Below, piece after piece: positions 1-10,062 of a DNA stretch of 28,252 bases. The stretch's first letter is position 1. Each line of letters starts with the position of its first letter. A program made the position numbers and the translations under genes. The notes below the pieces were generated by a model. The model did no database searches. It saw only the letters and a list, made by a program, of their open reading frames with translations, and had not been told where the DNA came from. This stretch comes from Fonticula alba ATCC 38817 (lineage: Eukaryota > Protista > Nucleariida), in NCBI GenBank assembly GCA_000388065.2, contig KB932201.1. One strand, given 5' to 3'.

Positions 1-37
<37 letters not shown>

Positions 38-60
38 ATGGCCGGCACAGCCGCCGAGAC

Positions 61-1771
61 ATGCCTCCTTCCAGCGTCAAGTCCTCGGTGCGGCAGGCCG
101 CCGCTTCGGCCCAGCAGGCCGTCGCCGCTGCCCCCGGCGCCGCCAAAGCCACGGCCGACCCCTGGTACGCGCCGTCCAATCTGGCACGCGCGCGCGTCCC
201 CATCGGCTTCGCCATCTTCCTGGTGGCCTACATCCTCATGTACCGCACGCCGGTCCTCCTGCAGATCCCCTGCGCCGTGCTCCTCTGGTGGGAGCTCGGT
301 AAGGAGTTCACCGGGCGCCGGGGCCCGGTCATGCTGGTGTGCTTCACCCTGCTGTCGCTCTTCGACTTTGCCGTGCTCAATGGCCGCGGCAGTGGCTTGT
401 GCCAGGTGACTACCAGTGTCCTCTCGCCGGTCCTGCGCTGGCTCACCCCGGGCATGGGCGGCGCCGACCCGCTCGCCACCACGGCCTGGTGGTGCTCCGG
501 TACATTCCCCATCTGGGAGTACATCGGCCTGCGGGCCCTGCTGGTTGCTGGCATTGGTCTCCTCGCTGGGCTGCGCACCTTTGACGTGCTGGTCGTCAAC
601 TATGTCCTTTCCGGCCTGACTTGTGTCATGTGGATCATGGCCAACTACCCGGTCGACGTGCTGCTTGCTATCAGGTGCGTCGGGGACTGCCCATTTGCCG
701 AGCCGGGCCTTTCATCGCTGCCCATACTGACGCATACGCACGCACGCACGCACGCACGCACGCACACACACACGCACACGCACACGCACACGCACACGCA
801 CACGCACACGCACACGCACACGCACACGCACACGCACACGCACACACACAACCTCCATCCTCGCCGGCATCATACAGCATCATCGTTGCTGGATCGGACG
901 GCTTCCAGTATTTCACTGGCAAGACCTTCGGCCGGACGAAGATCGTCCCGAAGATCTCCCCTAACAAGTCTCTCGAGGGCTACATCTGTGCTTTCTTCAT
1001 TTGCATCGCCATGTACTACTTCTACCTGGCTGATCCGAGGTGCGCCATGGCGAATTATTGTCCCTCTCCCTTCCCAGGGCGCGCGCAATCGCTCTCGCCC
1101 GCAAGTTGCCCACCGATTGCCATTGCCTTGCCCATTCACGTCTAACCCCCCCTCCCCCCTCCCCCCCCCTCTCCCCTCCCCTCCCCTCGCTATTCACTCT
1201 TTTGGTCCGGCCTCTTCCAGCGCTGTCCCGATCCGTCAGGGTCTTTTCTACATGGTTGTCATGTTCCTGGTCGGTGTCTTTGGTGATCTGTTCGTTTCCT
1301 GGTGGAAGCGCTCCCACCGCATCAAGGACTCGTCCTCCTTCCTTGGCTCTCATGGTGGCTTCCTCGACCGGTGCGTCGCCTCAATCATCATGGCCATTTT
1401 CCTCTCCCCGCGCCTTGTACCCCCTGGCGGACCTGCGCCCCTCCTGCTCTGTGGCCTCACCTCCCTCCTCCCTGGCACATGCCTTTCACTCACTCACTCA
1501 CACACACACACACACTCACACTCACACAAACACACACACTCACACAAACACACACACACACACGTACATGCGCATGCACATGCACAGTCTCGATTCCCAT
1601 CTTGCCGGCTGGATCTGGTCCGCGGTGTATGTGAGCTTCCTCTACACCGGCTCGTCAAAGGACTTCACCGGCCTCAGCCACCAACGCATTGAGACCATGA
1701 TCGTCGTCGTCTGGGGCATCCTCCTCTCGCATTGGGCCATCACTCGTTTCATGGGGTGGCGCCGCGACTAG
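61..1771 (+). CDS. Phosphatidate cytidylyltransferase (CDP-diacylglycerol synthase, CTP_transf_1 family), bacterial CdsA/YnbB-like; 4 exons
   Basis: Model join(61..674,878..1039,1221..1370,1588..1771); all GT-AG and phase-consistent. The spliced product has DGFQYFTGKTFGRTKIVPKISPNKSLEGY and [33 protein letters not shown], the two signature motifs of the family, plus many hydrophobic segments. Confidence 0.9.
735..850 (+). repeat. Compound microsatellite (ACGC)n/(ACACGC)n/(CA)n in intron 1 of the cytidylyltransferase gene
   Basis: Directly visible tandem repeats; they generate spurious HT/HA/CV-repeat ORFs. Confidence 0.95.
1487..1582 (+). repeat. Imperfect (CA)n/(CTCA)n microsatellite in intron 3 of the cytidylyltransferase gene
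   Basis: Directly visible; ends just before the acceptor ...tgcacag at 1587. Confidence 0.9.
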
Positions 1772-2466
1772 GCTCGCCTTTCATGCTCCATCATCCCTCC
1801 TTCCCCCTTTTTAGATAGCACCAGTGTTGCGGCGAGAGGTGGTCCACCTACCTGTCCATCTCCTCCCCCCTTCCCCCCCCCCCTCTCTCTCTTTCTCCCC
1901 TCCTCTCTTTCCTGGCACCATCTCCATAGTTACCCCCGTCATTGTCATTCTCCTCGCATCCAGTTGATTGCCGGCCCCCCTGTTTTCCCTAGCACTTCCC
2001 CTCTCCTGCGGTGTCCAAGGCATGCGAGTGTTGCCCGAGTCCTCCCTCCCATTTGGCTTACCCGCTTTCCTCTCTCCCCCCCTCCGTCGAGGTGGCCGGA
2101 TCAGCGCGGACGCACAGACTCTACCGAGTTGCCTGGGCGTCTCTCTCCCTCCCTCTCTCTCTCTCTCTCCCCCTTTCCCCCCTCACCCCACATGGTGGCC
2201 TCTTCTCGTATTTATCCAACACTTCACGCTCCTGTCCTTGTCGTCTTTCCCCCTCTCCCCCCCCCCTCCCCCTCTCTATGAATACATCCTGCTTGTTGTG
2301 CTGTTTTTTCCCAGCCATGGCTGCGTGGTATAATGTGAAGTGGGTTGTGGGTGGGCAGTCGGAGAGCCGTCATCAGCAGCACCACCACAAGAGGGGCGCA
2401 AAGGACGGCTCAACACCTGGGGATTGGGACGGGAGAGCCGAGGGGAGGATGAGGGAGAAAGGGCCC

Positions 2467-4808
2467 TCAGATGTACACCCGTCGTAGGTCGGTCGCGGCG
2501 GTGATCACCGAGCACTGGGGACACAGGCGCTTCTGGCCCAGGGCATTCATCCAGCACCCTTCGCAATGGATATGCCAGCATACGATTGATACCAGGGGCC
2601 GGTCGAAGGCACACAGGCAAATCAGGCAGCAAGCACCCTGGTCCTGGGGCTGGATTGGGGAAAATACACCATAGATCGTGTAAGGAGAATGCGATGACAC
2701 CACACAAATGCACAAACCATTGCGGACACACATACACACACCTGGGCACTCGATCCGGTCACCTGGGCGGCAGCATGGCGCATACTGTGCCCGGCCGCAG
2801 CCAGATCCGCAATATGGCGTTTCAAATGCGCGACCACTGCCAACAGACGGGTCGGATCCAAGTCCGCCGGGGCCGGCCCCCCGGAAGCCGGGACGCTGAG
2901 CAGGTCCAGCGCCGATCGGGCAGGGCCAAGCGGCCCAGCAGGCGGGGGGTCCGTTCGACTGGCCCGAACCGCCGCTTCCAGGACTCGATCCGAGCTGATG
3001 ATCCCCACCCGACGGGCATCCTCAGCCGCGGCAGCGAGGGCCGCCTGATCGGCCAAATTATCGGTCGACTCATCGGCAGAACGGCGGCCGGGGGTGGTAG
3101 CCACCGCTGGCACGGCGGAGCTCGCCACAACCGCATCCAAGAAGGTATCATCGTTGATCACCCCGCCCAGGTCACTCAAAATCGAGGAGACCGTCGGATC
3201 CATGGCAGCCAGGAGAGACCCGCGACGTTGAGACGTGCCCGCAGGGCCGGCCCTCGCCGATGGCCCGCGCATGGCGGCTCGCGCTGCCACCAGGTCCATC
3301 TGCGAGTACCTGCAAGGGATGGGGCAAGGGGCGCATGGGGGTAGGCGAGGAAGGGGCACACGAGTAAGAGACACAGAAGCCCCAGGGGCGGAAGAGAAAC
3401 AAGGGGAGTGGCGGAGGGGGGGGGGGGGGGGGAGAGAAGGACACGCCCGGCAGGGTATTTAGGGGGGCGCCGACGCACTGCGATGGTCCATATGGACTGG
3501 CACTCGTGTCATCCAGCGAGATGTCCACATCTGATTCGCAATCTGAGGCGGCAGAGGCCGAGGACCGGGTGGAGCCTTCCTGCCCACGGGCCGCGGAGGG
3601 AGTCTGCAGGGTGGTGACCGGAGGGAGCATGCGCTCGAAGAAGCGTGGCTGCTGTCCCCGATCAGAGGGGAGGACAATATGCACCACATCCATCGAGGAG
3701 GAGGGTGACAGCGGGCTAGGCGGGGACTCGGTGGCCATCTCGCTCGCGGGATCGCCGGTCGGGGCAGGGGGCGCGGCGTCGGCCGCGGCGGCACTCGCGG
3801 CCTCGACCGCGGCAAATGTCTCCAGACAGATGTCAATATGGTCGTTGATGGTGAAGGAGGTGGCCTCAGGGGGGAAGGGCTGATTGCAAGAGGGGCAATG
3901 TCGCACGGCCGTCGTCAGGAACTCCGACTCATAGGTGATGGTGGCGGATGAGGCCGCCGAGGCACCGCGCCGGCGGGCTGCATCCCCAGTGGGGACTGGC
4001 TCGGGCCTGACCGGAGAGGGGGTCGCCGGAGCCGAGGATCCTGACAAAACCCCACCCCCGGAGCGAGAGGATGGAGAAGACGCGGTAGAGTTGTGGACAG
4101 GGGCCCGACGGCGCTTCGGCGTGGGCTCGGCGCCTGAAGCTGGCTGGTGCTGTTGCAGGGCCAACACCTCGGGGCAGATGGCCGGGAAGGCGCCCCCCTC
4201 AAGACCAAGGGCGGCATTGCGCTGGGCACGCCGGGTGCGCACATTGGACAGGACCTTCCCGGCAAGGTGTGCCCGTGAGGCGAGTTCCGCCTCACTGAGG
4301 GGCGATTGCACGGCCGGCGCGGCTTCTGACGAGGGGTTACTGGACACGAAGCTGGACCGCAGCCGGCGTCTGTGCAGGATGACAGTGCCTTTGGGAGTCA
4401 GACAGGGTGTACGGCCGAGCAGCATGAGGCAGGGGATTGGGGGACGCACCGCGGCGGGTCAGCGGCAGCTGGAGGCGGGGTCAGGGCATTGTTGTCCGGG
4501 GCGGAGAGGGTTTCGCGCAGGGCATTGGCCACCGTGAACCGCTCATGGTGATAGTGATGAACCAATTTCTGGTCATTGGACAGGTACTTGTTGCAAATCA
4601 AGCACCGGTACTGCTCGCTCGGCGAGGAGGACCCCGAAGGGGACCCGGGGACCGGGGGCCCGGGCGCCGGGCTGCCCATTGGAGAGGCTCTAGCGGGCGA
4701 CTCTTGGCCGGCAGCGGCTTCGGCTGCCGGCGTTGTGGCCGCCACAGGCTGGCCATCTTCCACCTTGAGCCCGAGGGGGACCACCAGCGGCGCGTGTTCT
4801 CCCTCCAT
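2467..4808 (-). CDS. RNF220: RNF220-like E3 ubiquitin ligase (C-terminal RING-HC plus two Zn-finger-like modules); at least 4 exons, 5' end uncertain
   Basis: Model complement(join(2467..2649,2742..3309,3479..4369,4450..4808)); phases match. The C-terminus CLICLCAFDRPLVSIVCWHIHCEGCWMNALGQKRLCPQCSVITAATDLRRVYI* closely resembles the RNF220 RING tail as I recall it. Also present: CLICNKYLSNDQKLVHHYHHE, VRTRRAQRNA, CPSC..HIDICL, and DVDISLDD..YGPSQ|YSQMDLV, assembled across a splice junction. An acceptor-like AG at 4830 hints at a further upstream exon. Confidence 0.85.
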
Positions 4809-5939
4809 CAGTGTGGCGGCTGTTTGGTCCTGGGTAGGGGCGCGTGAAGCAGAGCAAGAGGGGGGGAAAGACAAAGGTCGAGGGCGCGCCACGGCGGGTG
4901 GTGGTGTGTATATGTGGGCGAGGAGGGGGAGGGGGGGGGGGGGGGGCGAGAGAGGGAGATGGGACGATGTGCCTGGCGCAGAAGTGAGCCACCTGGGTGG
5001 ATCGCGGTTGAAAAAGGTTTCGCCGGCTCGGCCGGGAGACCGTGCGTGGCGCAGTCCGAGCCCCCAGTCTGGGGGCGTATTCGTGGGCGTTCATGGAGCT
5101 TCCCCCCCCCCCCCCCCACTGCACCTCATCCCAGATGGGGCCTGTGTCTTGGCCAAGGCGGGTCACGTTGCTCCCCACTTTTGGCATGCTGCTTGCTCCC
5201 CGATCGCGCCCGCAGTTGTCCCGGCCCACCTTGGCGCCTTTCGCCCTGCCACTGTTTCTCAGGCCATCTCGTGTGTTTCCTTTCCCAACCTTTGTTTTTC
5301 CTCGCCTCTTGCCCAAATCTGATGGTGAAGCAATGGAAAAAGGGCGAAAAGAAGGAAGGCCGCCATGGGGAGGGGGAAATATGCCTGTGGCAAGCTCTCC
5401 CCCTACCGCAAAAACACTGCCCAATGGGGCGTATACCAAGTCGCAGGGGCAGAAAGAACGTCGGATGCGCATGCATCCGAAAGGCAAGCCTGCTATTGGA
5501 GCCGATGGCCAAGCCAATCCGGGCGACTCGCAGCGCCGTGGGCCCAAAGGTGAGGCCGCGCGACGCGCTGGAGGAGAGGGAAACGAGAAGGGGGAGGCGC
5601 TGGGGAGGGGCCCCCGCCTGGGCAATTACAGGCGAGGCGAGGCAAAGTGAGGTAAAATGGCCCCCCATTTGTGGGGAAGGGGATCGCCAGTTCTTTTGCC
5701 CCATTCCAGAGAGCCCCCAGGCGTACGGGAGTATGCCAATCAGCCTCAAACAGGCGACAAGCGGGGGGGGGGGGGAGCAACTATGATGGTGTGTAAAAGG
5801 GAGGCATGTCTGTATTGTCTCCCGCCCCGGATCCAAGGCGGTCGTCCGGCGGCCCTGGCACACACATGCACGAACACGCACACAGCAGACACACGGGGGG
5901 GGGGGGGGGGGGGGGAAGACGCAGGCCACACTTTGGAGC

Positions 5940-6731
5940 TCACTCCAGCGAGATCGGCAGAGCGCCAAGTCTTTCGGCCTGGGCCAGAAGCCCCAGCCCA
6001 CGGGCGACAATGGCGTATGCGTCGGCAGCTGCCAGCTGAAGAGGCGCCGGGGTGTTGGACACGCTGTGCGAGCGCCTCCTGGACGTGATGTCCACCCCAC
6101 GTGAATGGGCAGCAGCAGGTTCTGAAGATGTCGCGCAGTCGATCTGGCAGACAGGCGGCCAGGCGGCGGGGGCCTCCTGCGAGGGGGCGCCGGGCCCGGT
6201 CTCGAGATCCTCGCCCTCGGATTCCGAGTCGGAGTCGGCCGATTGCGGAACAGTCACACCGAGAACAATGAGCACCGATCGCAGGGCCAAACTTTGTGCC
6301 ACAGGATCGATATCTTGCAGGAGGTGGGCCCAGCCAAAGGGGGCCGCGGCGCGGGCCGCCGCCGTTCCAGCTCGCGGTGAGCCAGGGGTGCTGCCCTCCG
6401 ACCGGGCAGTGGCCACTGGCGGCCCTGAGGCGCGTCCCGGCGCGGGAGAGGTGGCACCGGAGCCCGGGGCCGGCGAGCGCGGGGTCCCCACCCCGAGGGA
6501 GACCGGCCCGGTCGGGAGGGAATCTGGCCGGTGATGATGGTGAAGGTCTCCGCCGCCCGAGCCGGAGCCCTCCAGCGTTGAGATGGCGCGCTGCCGCATG
6601 GTGTTGAGTGCACGGGCCAGTGGTCTCCCGGTGTCGGCCGCCGGAGGCACCGCCGCCGCCGGACTGGCACGCGGAGAATCTGCGACCGGGCCTGCATGGG
6701 CTGGTTCGGTTGTCGGGGTTGGTGGTGCTAC

Positions 6732-6770
<39 letters not shown>

Positions 6771-8633
6771 CCCCGGGCCGGTCTTTGGGGGTGGATAGTC
6801 TGTGGGGTTGATGGGCACCAGGGAGGCCAGGTGCTCGACATTCAACAAGAGGGGAACCGGAGCCAGGGATTCTGACAACCAGGAAAGGCAGTTGGCGGGG
6901 ACGTCATCCGAGTCGTCCATATGTTCCAGCGTTTCTTGAAGCGAGGCAATGATCACCTCCACCGAAGTGAGGAGTTGCTGGCGAAGGAATTCCAGAAGGG
7001 CCAGCGCCACGAAAATCAACACTGCCCCAGCACGCTGATGGACCATGATCGCCTCAATGACATCCAATGCGGGCAGCACTCCGGCAAAGTATGTGTTGAA
7101 CCATCTGTCGATAAGAGACATGTGTGAGGCTGGGCAAATGCATACGCATGTGTCCTTGGATATTGTGTGTGCGTGTGCGCATATTTTGGGAGGGGGGGGG
7201 GGGGAGGCGAGGTGGCCGGAGCACGGGAGAGAATAGTACACAGGCGACGCACCGTGTGGCGAACATGTCCACCGACACACCGGCAAGCTTGGTGACTGCC
7301 ATTGAGCAGTACGGGTCGAGGACTGTCCAAAAGCGAGAAAGCCACTGGATGCGCGCTGGTGTCAGGGTAAAGAGCTTCGGCACGGACGCCCCCCCGGGAA
7401 CAATCCCAGCGCCAGAGGTAGCCCCCTCACGACCATTCAAGGCCCCGGTTCCGCTCGGGCCTGGTGGGGGGACCAGCGGAAAGATGCCATCCGATTGGCA
7501 GAAGCGCGAAAAGAGGATGAACGCCAAGCTACGTGCCGACATGCCGGGAGCAGTGTCGGCTGCCGGCGGGCACGCTGTCATCGGGCTGCACGAGTGGTGG
7601 GAGCATGCCAGATCCAGGAAGATGCGTGCGATGGCCCGTAGATGGGGATGCGCAGCGAGCTCCAGCCAGTGCTGGATATGTGTGGACNNNNNNNNNNCGT
7701 AGATGGGGATGCGCAGCGAGCTCCAGCCAGTGCTGGATATGTGTGGACATCGTCAGAGGCCAGATGGGAAAGCCATCGAAGTGGGGAGGCCAAATCGAGC
7801 AGAAGGAACAGGGAGCGTGGTTGGGGGGGGGGGGGGGGGGGGGCACCTTCGGGAGGGCGGCAGCCAGGCCGCGGGTCAAAAAAGCCCCATAGGTCAAGAC
7901 CAGGGTGGACATCTCGTCCGACTGGTCGTCGGCCTGACACTCACCCTGGCAGTATGTCAGGTCGGCCGGAGTACAGACGGCTCCGGGGACCATGGGGAAA
8001 TGTAGCACCCCGGTGCCGGGAATGTGAAACTCCGGCCTCCCGGCGTCGATGCCGGGAACCAGCACCGACAAAGCGAGGCAGGTTTCCTCATACTCCTGGA
8101 GAAAGTGCTCGGGTGCGTCAGGCCATGCCTGTCGCGGGGCCGGCAAGCAGCCTGGCGGTGAGCGCAGCGAGGGGAGGACGGCGGTGAGAGGCGGACTCAG
8201 GGTGCATATTCGAAGGAGAGGGGTCGCACCGGTCAAAAGTAGCCAACAGATGAGACGCCTACGAGGGGGGATGGACTTGCTGGCTCGCGCCAAGATGGCT
8301 TTCCGAAGAGCCGAAACATCTAGGCAGCCAGTGCACCGTCAGCTTGGGGCATATGAGCTCCGGCAGGGACGCATATAAATGACAGAAGACCCGAGGGAGT
8401 GGCGAGAGGGGGGGGGGGGGGGGGAGGCGTACCAACTGATGGAGAGTCACGGAGGAGGCGCTCCNNNNNNNNNNACCAACTGATGGAGAGTCACGGAGGA
8501 GGCGCTCCACCTCGCTGTCGGGCGTCTCGATGGCGGCCTGAAGGAACTCCCTCCTATAAAGCCGGCGATATTGCTGGGGCTTCATCAGCGCCCTCTTCAG
8601 CGGAGGGAGGGGACCGCCTCTCGGATGCGCCAT
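5940..8633 (-). CDS. TBC1D7: TBC (Rab-GAP fold) protein most similar to TBC1D7; 4 exons, with two scaffold duplications inside the locus
   Basis: Model complement(join(5940..7104,7253..7671,7847..8319,8433..8633 minus a 44-nt artefact)). Collinear matches to TBC1D7 motifs from memory: [99 protein letters not shown]. Confidence 0.7.
6733..6768 (-). repeat. (GCA)12 trinucleotide repeat encoding poly-Ala in the TBC1D7-like last exon
   Basis: (GCT)12 on the + strand, in frame with [18 protein letters not shown]. Confidence 0.9.
7637..7748. other. Scaffolding artefact: identical 51-nt sequence on both sides of a 10-N gap (7688..7697)
   Basis: 7637..7687 equals 7698..7748; the duplicated unit contains the exon-3 acceptor of the TBC gene. 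Confidence 0.85.
8431..8508. other. Scaffolding artefact: identical 34-nt sequence on both sides of a 10-N gap (8465..8474)
   Basis: 8431..8464 equals 8475..8508. Removing 44 nt gives a 157-nt phase-1 exon 1 that splices in frame to exon 2 (..SPSV|DVSALRK). Confidence 0.88.
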
Positions 8634-8697
8634 GGGGGCGGTCGACGGTCCGTGCGGACGGGCAGAAGGAGAGACGGAGGGCGAAAAGATGGACGGT

Positions 8698-8702
8698 ATG
8701 TA

Positions 8703-8763
<61 letters not shown>

Positions 8764-8795
8764 GTGTGTGCGTGCGTGTGAGCGTGTGTGTGTGC
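8698..8795 (+). repeat. (GT)n microsatellite just upstream of the TBC1D7-like start codon, (CA)n on the sense strand
   Basis: About 50 nt of pure (TG)n with imperfect flanks. Confidence 0.95.
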
Positions 8796-9591
8796 CTGTG
8801 CAAGTGCCAGGGCGGGTGCAGGAGGGAGGGGGAGGGTAGGGAGTGTGCTGGAGGAGACACCTGGTGTCCTCGGCCGCAACTCTGCCTCCTCAGATGGGGC
8901 GAGGGTGTTTAGTTGACCGTCGTGCGAGAAGAGGCGATGCGAGGTGGGGGGTCGGCGCTGGTTTGCTCGACCATTGCTCCCTTGTCATGCTGCACGGGGG
9001 CTTGGGCCCTTGGATCACCGCAAACACACACACACACGCATAGGCACACACGCATAGGCACCACACACGGGAAGACACCCAGGCGCGAAGGGCCAGGTAG
9101 TCACCCCGAGATCGATTGGCAGATGAGCCTCACCTGGGCACCAGATCATGTGAATGCACATAGCCCACGACTGCTGCCTCATTCGCACGACCGTGTTTCC
9201 GATCATGGCGAGTATGTCCTTCGGGGCTACACATGGGGAACGAAAAGGCAAGTGAGTATGTGCGTGCATATTGGCCCAAGGTGTGTGTCAGAGGTGGCAA
9301 GCCGCCCGGCCGCGAGGCCTCCCACCTGCCTCTTTCACAGATCCCAACCATCTCCTTGTGAACTGAGGTGTCTTGCCACATTCCACATGTCCGCTTCGCC
9401 TCGGTCCTCCGCCTGGCCGCAATGGGTCTGCAATGGTTTGGGCTATTTATTCCTTTTGATTTGCACAGAGGAGAGGGGCCCCGGACACTGCCGCGTGCTT
9501 ATGTGCACTTGTGCGTGGAGAGGAGCGGGCTCGACGTGCGTCTCAGGGCGGTGTCCGTCCTCGGAGCGCGTGAATGTAGCCGAGAGACCGG

Positions 9592-10062
9592 CTACATCGA
9601 GGCAGCCAAGGCCAGAAGCACGGCCGAGATGGACACACCGACGGACCACAGCATCGAGCGAGGGGCCGCGCTGTTGACCTTGCACTTGTACTTGGACCAG
9701 TCATTGCTGTCCGAGGGGCAGGAGGTCTTGACGGTGTTCAGGAACTTGTTCCGGCAGTCGGTCTCCGTGACATCGGAATTGACCGTGGTACAGGCCTCCA
9801 AAATGTAGGCCTCATTTAGGCAGGACACCTGGCAGGTGTGGTCGGCCGCCTTGCAGAGCTCCAGCTCGGCCTGGTGCCGGCCAATGCCCTCGAGCGAGCA
9901 GTCCAAGTCCTTGGACACCACCGGCGCGGCCGGGGGCTTCATATCCAGCGTGTAGATCGGCAGGGCCACCGGCTCGTTGTGCGGGATGAAGAGCCCCCCG
10001 GTCTGGAAGCTGTTCGACAGACGAACCACCGAGGAGGGAAAGAGAACCGGGAGCGAGGGCAT
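9592..10062 (-). CDS. Hypothetical small Cys-rich protein with a hydrophobic C-terminal GPI-signal/TM-like tail; start uncertain
   Basis: 156-aa ORF with G/C-ending codon bias like neighbouring genes, 8 regularly spaced Cys, and the tail NSAAPRSMLWSVGVSISAVLLALAASM*. A possible acceptor at 10010 means an upstream exon cannot be excluded. Confidence 0.65.
   Translation of the reverse strand: MPSLPVLFPSSVVRLSNSFQTGGLFIPHNEPVALPIYTLDMKPPAAPVVSKDLDCSLEGIGRHQAELELCKAADHTCQVSCLNEAYILEACTTVNSDVTETDCRNKFLNTVKTSCPSDSNDWSKYKCKVNSAAPRSMLWSVGVSISAVLLALAASM

Noticed and set aside
621-1692. Long ORFs with HT/HA/CV dipeptide repeats (also 8259..8912 and 18233..19579)
   Set aside because: These are stop-free translations of intronic or intergenic CA/GT microsatellites.
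4900-5930. Several 100-320 aa ORFs between RNF220 and the TBC gene
   Set aside because: Pro/Arg/Gly-rich, no codon bias or motifs, and interrupted by homopolymers; likely UTR, promoter or intron sequence.
7637-7748. Perfect 51-nt direct repeat that could look like a target-site duplication, tandem acceptor or CRISPR repeat
   Set aside because: The two copies flank exactly 10 N; this is the pattern of un-merged overlapping contig ends, and collapsing them gives a normal intron.
7940-7965. YCQG followed by gtgagt, suggesting a catalytic TBC Q-finger (YxQG) and a splice donor
   Set aside because: The frame continues open, no suitable acceptor follows, and no canonical IxxDxxR finger is present; treated as possibly coincidental.
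8431-8508. Perfect 34-nt direct repeat and apparent frameshift (pseudogene?) in TBC exon 1
   Set aside because: It also flanks a 10-N gap; removing one copy plus the Ns restores the frame and splice phase.
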